A stretch of 56,891 bases of DNA, counting the filler, from Jimgerdemannia flammicorona (lineage: Eukaryota): assembly GCA_003990765.1 (NCBI GenBank). It is 2 parts of 2 records of this genome, joined end to end, with 100 filler letters (N's around TTAATTAATTAA, not from the genome) between each part and the next. Parts side by side here need not be neighbours in the genome. Positions count along the whole stretch, not along the records: positions 1 to 28,407 come from RBNJ01000564.1; 1 more part is not named here. The stretch is one strand, 5' to 3'. Below are positions 1-12,003 of this stretch, piece by piece. A program made the translations under genes and the position numbers. How positions within the stretch are numbered: the first letter of the stretch is position 1; the number at the start of each line of letters is the position of its first letter. The notes beneath the pieces are model-generated. The model had not been told where the DNA came from. It saw only the letters and a program-made list of their open reading frames with translations, and did no database searches.

Positions 1-1231
1 AAAAAAAAAAAAAAAAAAAAAAAAAAATGTGGCAGTTGAGAAGAACAAATTAGGCCATCGCCTGACGCGCAGCTGGGTAGTCCGAAGTTCGATCCGTGAG
101 CTCCTTGAGGTAAATCTCCAATTGCTGATGACTTTTTTTTTTAGATTTACGATTTGATCCCACGTGGCCCACCTCGCATCATCCTGTACCGCCCAAGATC
201 GTCGTGCGTCTGTGGGACGAGGAGGGTTCAGGCGGTTAGGTCTTTGGTCTGCACGGGATCTCTGCGCCAGCTTGAAAAATTTGGCATGCTTGCGCGATAG
301 GTGAAGGCGGCGAGGTTTCTCGACACAAAAGCTAGAATGCCTATAGGCTCAACCTAGTGGCAAGCATGTATCAGATATACGGAAAACAGGTTCACGCCCC
401 CGATGTATGCCAGCAACCTTTGGGCTACCCTACGCTGTGATGGTGAAGTTGAATAACGATTTGCTTTAAATCGACGGATATGTGATATCCTATCCTCTAG
501 GTAACTCGTGCCTCGCCTTTGGCGCATTCGTGGCTCCCATCCACCTCCTTTATATACGATTTCGACTCTCCAGGTTCGTACGAACTGACGGATTGCACGC
601 ATTTGAGTTCCCTATCATGCAACGCATACGCCCAATAAATCTACGTTGTTCTACAAAGAAAAGAGACGAGCCTTTAACACCTTGTCCACAAAGGAAGAAG
701 GAGTGATTACATTCTCCCAGTGTTAATTATAATGCGATTGCTGGATTTTGCACAGGTATTTCTATACCTACTTTTTAACGATTTATAACTATCTTTCCAA
801 TAATAAACTAACAAATCTGGGCACAGGCGCGATTTCGTTGAGTATTAAAAATAATCTCTTATTTCTTCACACCACTCCCTGTCATTGTCGTGGTCAACAA
901 CATTCCATATATCTGAATATTTTTGGAATATCGACCGTTCCACCCATCAAAATCTGAGTGGTCAGCAACACCACAACCGAGCAACGCTTACATTCACTAT
1001 ATAGGGCCCTGTTAACTTTATGCGGGTGGATATATAACCAATTCGGCGAGAATCCCTTCTATTCGGTATATGCTTACAATTCTCAGGTCCTCTGGCATCT
1101 GACGCCTTGTTTTTGATGTAAAAGGTGATGAATTTATTTTATTTTATCCATTTAAGTTTTTTGAAACATTTTTAACTCGAGTATGATGTTCCGAACACGG
1201 CGTTGTGTTGCTGGCAATGGAGTTCTGCCGT

Positions 1232-2167
1232 TCAGTACCCTTGGCCATAGTACCCGGGGTGACCATATGAATATTTGTAGGGATAGTAATAATAATCGAC
1301 CTTCTTGTAATCGTCCTTCTTGTAATAATCATCTTTGTAGTTGTCCTTCTTGTAATAGTCGTCCATCTTGTAATAGTCGTCCTTCTTGTAATAGTCATCC
1401 TTCTTGTAATAGTCGTCCATCTTGTAATAGTCGTCCTTCTTGTAATAGTCGTCCTTCTTGTAATAGTCGTATGTCTTGTAATAGTCGTATGTCTTGTAGT
1501 CGTCCCTCTTGTAATAATCGCTCTTCTTGTAGTCGTCCTTCTTGTAATCGTCGTATGTCTTGTAGTCGTCCTCCTTGTAATAGTCGTCCTTCTTGTAATA
1601 GTCGTCCTTCTTGTAATAGTCGTCCTTCTTGTAATAGTCGTCCTTCTTGTAATAGTCGTCCTTCTTGTAATAGTCGTCCTTCTTATAATAGTCATCCTTC
1701 TTATAATAGTCATTCTTCTTATAATAGTCATTCTTCTTGTAATCATCGTCCTCCTTCTTGTAATCATCGTCCTCCTTCTTGTAATCATCGTCCTCCTTCT
1801 TGTAATCGTCATCCTTCTTGTAATCTTCATCCTTCTTGTAATCTTCATCCTTCTTGTAATCTTCATCCTTCTTGTAATCTTCATCCTTCTTGTAATCTTC
1901 ATCCTTTTTGTAATCTTCATCCTTCTAGTAATTGTAGGGAAGTGTCACAAAAACCGAATAGGATATCCACAAGCGCCCCCAGAACTCAAGCAAAGGCCAA
2001 ATTAACTATACCTTGTACTCCTTCGCCGAGTACTGATGGTAATAGTCCGGGTAATAAGAACCCTCACTATCCGAGCGCTTAGCAATCCCGCGGCGGGCTT
2101 TGGGAGCGGCAGAGGCAGCCTGGATGGCGACGCCAGCGACCAGAATGGCAAGGAGAATTTTGGTCAT
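1232..2167 (-). CDS. Secreted Asp/Tyr/Lys hexapeptide-repeat protein, copy 1 (exons 2167-2012 and 1924-1232; about 282 aa)
   Basis: ATG at 2167 gives signal-peptide-like MTKILLAILVAGVAIQAASA, then APKARRGIAKR (dibasic sites) and SDSEGSYYPDYYHQYSAKEYK. An 87-nt GT..TAG phase-0 intron (2011-1925) joins in frame to (DEDYKK/DDDYKK/DDYYKK)n and the tail VDYYYYPYKYSYGHPGYYGQGY*. The same architecture occurs in two paralogs. Confidence 0.9.
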
Positions 2168-2289
2168 TTTTCTGGTATGGTTGTATTTTGTTTAGTATGT
2201 TGTTTAGTTGGGAGTTTTGGAAGTTTGTATTTATTTTGCTGGATTGGTGTGTGCTTGATGAAGGTTTAGAAGAGTGTGAATTGTGTCAC

Positions 2290-2297
2290 CTTTTATA
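2290..2297 (-). promoter_or_regulatory. TATA box (TATAAAAG) of repeat-protein gene copy 1; equivalents at 5298-5305 and 7896-7903
   Basis: Canonical TATAAAAG about 125 nt upstream of the ATG, conserved in all three paralogs even where the copy 3 flank has diverged. Confidence 0.65.
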
Positions 2298-4065
2298 CGC
2301 GTGGAGTTCGTAAGACGTTTCCGTCTCCTTACTTCCTACATCTCACGGTAAAGGGCGAATTTGCAATGTTGCAGCCATTGGTGTTGTACAGGTGATATAA
2401 CTCTGGCGCGTTCGTTACCACGAAGACATATGCGCCATGTGCCTCAACTCAATTATTTTGTGTTCAATCACAAACAAAGGGGAATTTAATATATGTAGTG
2501 CTTTGCAACTTGGCCTGAGGAACTTTGGTGCAAGCACCACATGAGAGAGCATCAACATCAGGGACTTCAAGATCGGTTGGCACGAACCTGAAGCTCCCTC
2601 GTTCTTCCCAGCTTCAGAATATCAGTCTCAATTTTTGCCATCATATGGAAGTGATTACAAACCATATATCCCGCGTTGCCACACCATCTCAAACATCTCC
2701 ACTTGATATAAGAATTCATAACCAAAATCGCTTCAGACATTTGGGTGTTGGAGGAATGTTCCACAACCTCAAATATCGCTGACACCACACGGGCTCGCCA
2801 GGGGGTTGGAGCACGTAACAAAAGCAAAAAAAAAAAAAAAAAAAAAAAAAAGTGTGGCAGTTATGAAGAACAATATAGGACATCGCCTGACGCGCATTCA
2901 TTCACCATCTGAGTAGTCCGGAGCTCGATCCTTGAGCTTCTTGAGGCAATTGTTGATGAGGTTTTTTTTTAAAAAATCCTGATTTATGATTTGATCCTGC
3001 GTGGCCCGTCCAAAACCATCATGCGTCTGTTGGTTAATGTTTTCAGCCGTCAAACTTAATACGTAAGCTCTGGCTCGTTTAGAGCCAAGGGCGTGGCGGT
3101 TAGATCTTTGGTCTGCACGGGACGTCTGCGCAAGCTGGAAATTTGGCATGCTTGCGCGATAGAAGCGAGGATTCTTGACACAATGGCCAGACTGCTTACT
3201 GGCTTTAAGCAGTGATAGGTTGTACATTCATCATATCAGATATTCCGAAAACAGGTTCGCGCACTGGATGTGGCTGTGATGACGTTGAATAATGGAAGGG
3301 ATAGAGCGTCACGATTAGCTTTAAATCGACGGATATGTGATATATCCCATCCTCTCGATAATTCGAGCTTCGCCTTTGGCACATTCCGGCTCCCACCCAC
3401 TCCTTTATATGTATACCCTACATCCAGGTTCTTACGAACTGACTGATTGCACGCATTCGAGATCCCTCCTACCAATGCCTAGCCCAATAGATCTACTTTG
3501 TTCTTCAAAGAAAGTAGACAAGCCTTTAACACGATGTCCACAAAGGGCAGAAGTGATCACATTCTCCTGGTGTTAATTATAATGCGAGTTCTGGATTTGG
3601 CATAGGTATTTGTGTGTTGCTGAATTCAATTATTTTAGCCATCTTATCCAACAATAAACTAACAAATCTTGGCATAGGTGCGAACTTTCGCCGAGTCTTC
3701 AAAATGGTCTCTTATTTCTTCATGCCATTCCCTGACATTGTCAACATCAGGGCGTAACAATTTGAATATCAATCACCTTAGTTCATTCCACCACCCGTCA
3801 AAATCCGAGTGGTCAGCAACATCACAACTGAGCAAGACTTATACTCACTATACTGGGTCCTGTTAGATATATAACCAATTCAGCGAGAATCACTTAAATT
3901 CGTTATATGCTTTAAAATCTCCAGGTCCTTCAAAACCAGTGTTGTTTTTGATGTAAAAGGTGATGAGTTTATTTATTTTATCCATTTTAAGTTTTTTGAA
4001 TTTTTTTTAACTCGAGTATGACGTTCAGAACATGGTGTTGTGTTCTGGCAATGAAGTTCCGCCAT

Positions 4066-5175
4066 TCAGTACCCTTGGCCGTAGTACCTGGGGTGACCAT
4101 ATGAATATTTGTAGGGATAGTAATAATAATCGACCTTCTTGTAATAATCATTTTTGTAGTCGTCCTTCTTGTAATAGTCGTCCTTCTTGTAATAGTCGTT
4201 CTTTTTATAATAGTCATCCTTGTAGTAGTCATCCTTCTTGTAATAGTCATATGTCTTGTAGTCATCCCTCTTGTAATAATCGCTCTTCTTATAGTCATCC
4301 TTCTTGTAGTCGTCGTCCTTCTTGTAATCGTCGTCCTTCTTGTAATAGTCATCCTTCTTGTAATCGTCGTCCTTCTTGTAATAGTCATCCTTCTTGTAAT
4401 AGTCATCCTTCTTGTAATAGTCATCCTTCTTGTAATCATCGTCCTTCTTGTAATCATCGTTCTTCTTGTAATCGTCATCCTTCTTGTAATCGTCATCCTT
4501 CTTGTAATCGTCATCCTTCTTGTAATCGTCATCCTTCTTGTAATCGTCGTCCTTCTTGTAATCGTCGTCCTTCTTGTAATCGTCATCCTTCTTGTAATCT
4601 TCGTCCTTCTTGTAATCTTCGTCCTTCTTGTAATCTTCGTCCTTATTGTAATCGTCATCCTTCTTGTAATCGTCATCCTTCTTGTAATCGTCATCCTTCT
4701 TGTAATCGTCATCCTTCTTGTAATCGTCATCCTTCTTGTAATCGTCATCCTTCTTGTAATATTCGTCCTTCTTGTAATCGTCATCCTTCTTGTAATCGGC
4801 ATCCTTCTTGTAATCGTCATCCTTCTTGTAATCGTCATCCTTCTTGTAGTCGGCATCCTTCTTGTAGTCGTCATCATTCTTGTAATCGTCATCCTTCTTG
4901 TAATCGTCATCCTTCTTGTAATCTTCATCCTTCTAGTAATTGTAGGGAAGTGTCACAAAAACCGAATAGGGTATCCACAAGCGCCCCCAGAACTCAAGCA
5001 AAGGCCAAATTAACAATACCTTGTACTCCTTCGCCGAGTACTGACGGTAATAATCCGGGTAATAAGAACCCTCACTATCCGAGCGCTTAGCAATCCCGCG
5101 GCGGGCTTTGGGAGCGGCAGAGGCAGCCTGGATGGCGACGCCAGCGACCAGAATGGTGAGGAGAATTTTGGTCAT
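4066..5175 (-). CDS. Secreted Asp/Tyr/Lys hexapeptide-repeat protein, copy 2 (exons 5175-5020 and 4932-4066; about 340 aa)
   Basis: ORF 4933..5175 gives MTKILLTILVAGVAIQAASAAPKARRGIAKR...EYK. GT donor at 5019 and TAG acceptor at 4935-4933. Exon 2 is 867 nt of DDDYKK repeats ending YYGQGY*. Confidence 0.9.
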
Positions 5176-7052
5176 TTTTCTGGTATGGTTGTATTTTGTT
5201 TAGTATGTTGTTTAGTTGGGAGTTTTGGAAGTTTGTATTGATTTTGCTGGATTGGTGTGTGCTTGATGAAGGTTCAGAAGAGTGTGAATTGGATCATCTT
5301 TTATACGCGTGGAGTTCGCAAGATGTTTCCGTCTCCTTACTTCCCACATCTCACGGTAAAGGGCGTATATACTTGCAATGTTGCAGCCATTGGTGTTGTA
5401 CGATATAACTCTGGCGCGCTCGTTACCACGAAGACATATGCTCCATGTGCCTCGACTCAATTATTTTGTGTTCAATCACAAACAAAGGGGAATTAATATA
5501 TGTAGTGCTCTGCAACTTGGCCCGAGGAACTTTGATGCAAGCCCCACATGAGATAGCATCAACATCAGGGACTTCAAGATCGGTTGGCACGAGCCTGAAG
5601 CTCCCTCGTTCTTCCCAGCTTCAGAATATTAGTCTCAATTTTTCCCATGTACAATGCTGACGACTGACCATCATATGGAAGTGATTGCCAACCATATATC
5701 CCGCGTTGCCACACCATCTCAAACATCTCCACTTGATATAAGAATTCATAACCAAAATCGCTTCAAAATTGGGCGTTGGAGGAATGTTCCACAACCTCAA
5801 ACATCGCTGACACCACACGGGCTCGCCAGGGGGTTGAAGCACGTAACACAAGCAAAAAAAAAAAAAAAATCGCCTGATGCGCATTCACTGACCATCTGGG
5901 TAGTCCGGAGCTCGATCCTTGAGCTTGTTGAGGTATAAAAAAATCCTGATTTATGATTTGATCCTACGTGGCCTACCTCGCGTCACCCTGGACCATTCAA
6001 AACCATCGTGCGTCTGTTGGTTAATATTTTCAGCCATCGAACTTAATACAAGTTCTGGTTTGTTTAGAGCCAAGGGCGTGGCGGTTAGAACCCCGGTCTG
6101 CACGGGACCTCTGCGCAAGCTGGAAAAATTGGCATGCTTGCGCGATAGAAGATGAAGGCAGCGAGGATTCTTGACACAACGACCAGACTGCTTACGGGCT
6201 TTAAGCACCGAAAACAGGTTCACGCGCCCGATGTATGCCAGCAAACCTTTGCACCACCCTGCACGAGATGTGCTGTGATGACATTGAATAATGAAAGGGA
6301 TAGCGCATCACAATTCACTTTAAATGCGATATATCCCATCCTCTCGATAATTCGAGCCTCACATTTGGTGCATTCATGGCTCCCACCCACTCCTTTATAT
6401 ACTCTACATCCAGGTTCTTTCCAACTGACAGATTTCATGCATTTGAGATCCCACTTACCAACGCCTACGCCCAATAAATCTACTTTGTTCTTCAAAGAAA
6501 ATAGAGAAGCATTTAACACATTGTCCACAAAGGGCAGAAGTGATCACATTCTCCTGGTGTTAATTGTAATGTGAGTTCTGGATTTGGTACAGGTATTTGT
6601 GTAGCCGAATTCCATGATTTTTGCCATCTTTTCAAATAATAAACTAACAAATCTGGGCATAGGTGCGAACTTTCACCAAGTCTTCAAAATTATCTCTTAT
6701 TTCGTCATGCCATTCCTGATATTGTCAACATCAGGACGTAACAATTTGAATATCAATCACCTCTAGTTCATTCCACCACCCGTCAAAATCCGAGTGATCA
6801 GCAACATCACAACTGAGCAAGACTTATACTCACTATACAGGGTCCTGTTAGATATATAACCAATTCAGCGAGAATCACTTAAATTCGTTATATGCTTTAA
6901 AATCTCCAGGTCCTTCAACATCAGTGTTGTTTTTGATGTAAAAGGTGATGAATTTATTTTATTTTATCCATTTTAAGTTTTTTGAAATTTTTTTAACTCG
7001 AGTATGACATTCAGAACACAGCATTGTGTTGCTGGCAATGAAGTTCCGCCAT

Positions 7053-7773
7053 TCAGTACCCTTGGCCGTAGTACTGGGTGTGACCATATGAATATTTGTA
7101 GGGATAGTAATAATAATCGACCTTCTTGTAATAGTCATTCTTCTTATAATAGTCGTTCTTATAGTAGTCATCCTTCTTGTGATAGTCGTATGTTTTGTAG
7201 GCATCCCTCTTGTAATAATCGCTCTTCTTGTAGTCATCCTTCTTGTAATCGTCATCCTTCTTGTAATCGTCGTCGTCCTTCTTGTAATCGTCGTCGTCCT
7301 TCTTGTAATCGTCGTCCTTCTTGTAATCGTCGTCCTTCTTGTAATCGTCGTCCTTCTTGTAATCGTCGTCCTTCTTGTAATCGTCGTCCTTCTTGTAATC
7401 GTCGTCCTTCTTGTAATCGTCGTCCTTCTTGTAATCGTCGTCCTTCTTGTAATCGTCGTCCTTCTTGTAATCGGCATCCTTCTTATAATCGTCATCCTTC
7501 TTGTAATCGTCATCCTTCTTGTAATCGTCATAGCTCTGGTAATTCCGAGATAGAGAATAATTATTTGCACATCCAGAAAATTTTTCCCATAACAAAGGCA
7601 ACAGGTCAAATTCACAATACCTTGTATTCCTTCGACGGGTAATAATGGTAATCCGGGGAGTAATAGGACTCTCTGCCCAAGCGCTTGTCGAGCCCGCGGC
7701 GGGGTTGAGGAGCGGCGGAGGCGGCCTGAATGGCGGCGCCAGCGACCAGGATGGTGAGGAGAAGCTTGGTCAT
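7053..7773 (-). CDS. Secreted Asp/Tyr/Lys hexapeptide-repeat protein, copy 3, more diverged (exons 7773-7621 and 7535-7053; about 211 aa)
   Basis: MTKLLLTILVAGAAIQAASAAPQPRRGLDKRLGRESYYSPDYHYYPSKEYK, then an 85-nt GT..CAG intron at the same position as in copies 1 and 2. ORF 7053..7601 shows the DDDYKK repeats and tail VDYYYYPYKYSYGHTQYYGQGY*. Confidence 0.9.
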
Positions 7774-8841
7774 TTTTTTTGTTAGTGTTGTGTTTTGTTT
7801 GGAGAGATGGTTGGTTGGGGTTTTTGAAAGCTTGTGTTGACTTTTGTTGAATTGGTGTGCTTGATGAGGGTTCAGAGGAATGTGCATTGGGTCGTCTTTT
7901 ATATGCGTGAAATTCAGCTGTCTCATGGTAAAGGGTGTGCCCAGTGCCGCAGCCGTTGGTGTTGTCTTGGCCACGTAACTCTAACGCTAGTTGTCACGAG
8001 GATTTGGGCTTCATCTCCCTCAACATGAATATTTCTGTGCTCAATCATAAGAAAGGGGGGCTGAGACCTTTGGTGCAAGTACCACATGAGACATGAACCG
8101 TGTCAGCCACATCAGAGACTGCAAGATTAATCATTTCAACATTGCCATGAATAGTATTAATGATGGACCACCATAAATAAACTTTTGCTGACCATATTTT
8201 CCGCGTAGTCAAACATCTCTCAACGATCTCGCTTGATACTCGAATTCATGGTGAAAATCCTACCCAAATTGCTTTTGTTAGAAGAATGTTGCACAATCCC
8301 AAAACCCGCCGACTCAACGTCAGCTCGCCAAGAGTTGGGACAGGCAACATAGGTAAAAAAAAAAAAAAAAAAAAAAAAAAAGCCTGATTTATGTCATGAC
8401 CCTGCGCTGCCCACCTCGCATCATCCCATTATTGTCCAGAGTTCTGAACATCCCCAACGCGCATCCCGTATATGTCTATCTGTTGGACAAAGAGAGTTCA
8501 GGTCGAATTGGATATGCAAGTTCTAGCGGAGGATCCCAATTCGAAAACTGCGTTTAGGGTCAAGGGCGTAGCGGCTAGATATTTGATATTCACAAGATCC
8601 TTGCAAAAGCTGATAATGCACGGCCAATATTGGGCATGATTCAAAAGGTGAGACAACGCCATCGAAAATTTCAGCGGGTCTTGCACTGGTGGTAGTGGAG
8701 ATGCGTTCCGAGGACGCAATTGTCGCTGACTTGTAAATCGTATGACTGGGTTGGAGTGTATAATTCACCCTAAATTCGTATATGTTAAATCAGACACTGA
8801 ACTAGTGACAAAATTGAAAGGCACTGCCTCTTTAGAACTAT

Positions 8842-10596
8842 TCAAGACATTGGCGATTCGTTCCAATGATGCTCCCATACAATCTCCACACTGTCTAACC
8901 TGCCCATACCCTCGCTCAACAAGTGATTCCCGACGCGCGCCCGGCACTCTATCTCTCCCGTCAACCCATCCTCTATCACTACAAAAATCGCCTCCTTGTA
9001 ACTACCCTCCCGCTCCTCGACATCGTACTCCGCAAAGCAGGCAGCTATTTCTTCGGGGTCAACCAAATGACTTTCTTCGATATCACGATTTGTACACCGC
9101 GCGACCCTATCTTTTAAGTACTTGTCTGGAATGTAAGGCAGCGGCAACAATACTATATTCCAGTCCCCTCGCAACACGTCAGTCAGGATCAACGTCCATG
9201 GAGTAGCGCGCAATTTCTTTGAGCAGGCGCCCACCTCCCGCCTGTACTCGGCCAGCATTGTGTTCGCTTTATCCAACTCCGGGCGGATGGCTGCATGCAT
9301 GGCGACTCCACGACTGACTAGGAACGGAACAAAACCATCAAGCATGTATGCGGTTTCCCACCACTCTTCTTTTGGGAACTCTTCACTTGCCCACCTCTGC
9401 ATTAGAGTTTCGTTAGCGTCGAAATGCACGGAGTACCGGCCCGAGTCGAGAAGCAGTCGCGCCTTCGGGATATTGCTCTCCTCGACGGCGAAGAGCATGA
9501 CGAGCTTCCACGAGATGGTGGAGGGAGCGCGTTGGAGGACATGACGGTAGAGGTTGGGGAGATCCATCGATACGTAGAGGTAGTCTTCGGTTACGGCAAA
9601 GTCGTCACCCCAGAGCCAGTCCCATAACTCCTGGTCCTTTCTATCGTACTCGCCGGTTTTGTTGATTTCATACTGACGACGTTTATGGGCCCTGACGTAC
9701 GCGTGCATATGCATGACCGAACGCTCCTTTTCGACGCCGTATTCTTCCACGAGCACTTTCATCAACCCGGTAGACCCGCCGCATTCGTGTGCATGCGTCC
9801 ACAACCTTTTTGTGTTGATTGTGTCGAATTCGCCATTTTCACGGTACAAGTCAAGCAAATATCTCGTGGCTTGCAGATTACCAAATTCGATGGCTCGGAA
9901 GACGAGAGGGCTTCCGTGGTAGTCTAGCAATAATTTGGCTTTGTCGCAGGTGACCAGGTACTTGGTCAGATCGCCATAATCGTTGTGCTGCACAAGTACG
10001 GCAGCAAGGACATTGTTCACGAGGTGGTCCGAAGGGTACACACTCGCACCGTAACGATGAATAAGGTCACCGATCATTGCAAGATGGTAGGCGTCTGGAC
10101 GGCAAGCAAAACGCGCGAGGACCCAGCCGTCGTCGTGATCTACGAGCGCCCCTTGCTCGATCATGAAGATGGTTTCTTCCTCCTTATACCAGAAGGCGAC
10201 ATGCATCAGCACGCCATCGCGAAGTTCGAGAAACTTATGCTGATGTCGAGAATGGAGCATGCGGAGGACGGACAGGTCAAAGAAGTCCGGGTTGTGCGGA
10301 GCAGGGACTTTGAGGTACGCGCGGGACGGCGGCTCCAATCCACCGAGGTGGCAGGCTCCAAAGGCGTTTTTCCAAGAGGATTCATCCGTCTGATCGGTGA
10401 GTAATGCCGACAGAAACAACTCCTCCGATTGACGCACCGGCAGCTGTAGCAGGGGCTGCAGGGCTAGCCATTCGGTTTTGACCCAAGGAGTGTTGGCAAG
10501 TTTGAGAAATGTGTGTGATACGAGGCGCCATGCTCTCAGGTCAGATAGGACGATGATTTCTTCGAAGACTGTTATGGGTAGTTGGGTGAATTGCAT
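8842..10596 (-). CDS. Single-exon protein (about 584 aa) with F-box-like N-terminus and degenerate ankyrin-like repeats
   Basis: Long ORF 8842..10680 with probable ATG at 10596. MQFTQLPITVFEEIIVLSDLRAWRLVSHTFLKLA fits the F-box pattern (LP..v...I.......L.LVS..F). SPLVFRAIEFGNLQATRYLLD and LFAVEESNIPKARLLLDSG resemble ankyrin repeats. Confidence 0.7.
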   Translation of the reverse strand: MQFTQLPITVFEEIIVLSDLRAWRLVSHTFLKLANTPWVKTEWLALQPLLQLPVRQSEELFLSALLTDQTDESSWKNAFGACHLGGLEPPSRAYLKVPAPHNPDFFDLSVLRMLHSRHQHKFLELRDGVLMHVAFWYKEEETIFMIEQGALVDHDDGWVLARFACRPDAYHLAMIGDLIHRYGASVYPSDHLVNNVLAAVLVQHNDYGDLTKYLVTCDKAKLLLDYHGSPLVFRAIEFGNLQATRYLLDLYRENGEFDTINTKRLWTHAHECGGSTGLMKVLVEEYGVEKERSVMHMHAYVRAHKRRQYEINKTGEYDRKDQELWDWLWGDDFAVTEDYLYVSMDLPNLYRHVLQRAPSTISWKLVMLFAVEESNIPKARLLLDSGRYSVHFDANETLMQRWASEEFPKEEWWETAYMLDGFVPFLVSRGVAMHAAIRPELDKANTMLAEYRREVGACSKKLRATPWTLILTDVLRGDWNIVLLPLPYIPDKYLKDRVARCTNRDIEESHLVDPEEIAACFAEYDVEEREGSYKEAIFVVIEDGLTGEIECRARVGNHLLSEGMGRLDSVEIVWEHHWNESPMS

Positions 10597-11639
10597 AGAA
10601 GTGGTGATTGATGCGGGAATAAAGACGAATTGATCTGAAACATGTGTTAGGCAACAGGACCCTGTACATATCTTGAGCACTGCGCCATCCTGTCATAAGT
10701 AATCTGAGAGTTAGCAGCCGCTATTGTTCCGTTGGATGGCGGCTACGACCTTACGCCATGCTTAATTGGTTAGGTGCCGCCACCCAGTAACTGGATGAAA
10801 ATTTGACATTTACGAAATTACCGTGACGTCACATTTCCTTTCGTTCAGACGCAGATATTTTTTGTTTTCGTCGCAGCTACCATTGGATACGATCCCACCC
10901 CAACCGAAATGGCCTGCCGCCTGGCTACAGCCACCAGAATCCGAACGTTACGCCTCCGGGCAGTGACATCACATAATCATTCCTGCTTACGCATGAGAGA
11001 AAAATTTTAAGATTTATATATATACATGTTGGTACCCGAAAAATTTAAATACAAAATTTTAATATTCTGCTGTTGTACATTTGTGAATTCTTATAAAGTA
11101 ACAATTCTACCCTGAATGAGACAATAACAAAATGGGTTACAACTATAATATTTTGAAATTTCTTTTATAAAAGTAACTCAAAAATTTCCAGTCATTACAT
11201 TTCATTTCTTATTTAAGATTGACTATTTGATATTTTAACAACTAAATATATATTCTATTAACTTTAAGTTTAAATCTATAGAGTTACTATTTAGAAAGTC
11301 CGAGATAGGTAGAATAGTTTATTTTTAAAATCTAATAAAAGATAAGCCTTTATTCTATTTTGCCATCGTCTTCGTCGACATCATGTAATCGTTTTCATTG
11401 TCATTACATAGTGGCCGTTTCGTAGCCGTGGTCGCTTTGTAATTGTCTTCGTTGTCTGAAGCATCGTCATTCTGTAATCGTCTTTGTTCTACAATATTCT
11501 TTGTTCTGTAATCACCTTCTTTCCGGAATTGTTGTCATCCTTTATGATAGTTAGTCAGCATTCCGTAATTGTTTTAACGGTGAGGTCCCCGTTTTGTTGG
11601 TTCTTAATCGAGATGTCTCCTTCGGAGCGTCATATAGGG

Positions 11640-11696
<57 letters not shown>

Positions 11697-12003
11697 TGTT
11701 TTTTTTTTTTTTTTTTTTTTTGTGGAAATTACTGATATTAAACCCGAGATTTACCTCTAATCAGATAGTGATTTCACATTTAATTGATGGTAATTCCTAG
11801 GTTGTGATGGCTCTCTATGTACGTGCAATTTGCGGGTTATTTGGAAGGTGGTTTGTTTATTCAATTTCTTCCAGTGGATTGATCAGCACAATATTTGTCT
11901 TTTATTTTTTCTATATATTTTTAACTTGGATATGAAACTAATCTCCATTTTGTCAGCCTATTCGGCACGACGACTTCAATGATGCGGCATATAATGAGAC
12001 GCG

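Larger units (their letters stand above)
1..8420. repeat. Tandem segmental duplication, about 2.5-3.0 kb unit, at least 3 copies (gene plus spacer)
   Basis: Spacer sequences recur: poly-A followed by similar sequence at about 1, 2827, 5854 and 8355, and the 3' flank GATGTAAAAGGTGATGA at about 1115, 3949 and 6935. The window starts inside a unit, so the array may extend left. Confidence 0.9.

Noticed and set aside
1290..1924. CRISPR array or synthetic multi-FLAG construct
   Set aside because: There are no unique spacers or cas genes and the context is eukaryotic. The units are degenerate and sit in intron-containing paralogs with no vector sequence.
1144..7642. Long ORFs in other frames over the repeats (MTITRR-, SCNRHP- and VIVVLL-repeat proteins)
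   Set aside because: These are shadow frames of an 18-nt unit that is stop-free in most frames. Only the D/Y/K frame is joined to a signal peptide by a conserved GT-AG intron and has a conserved TATA box and stop in all three copies.
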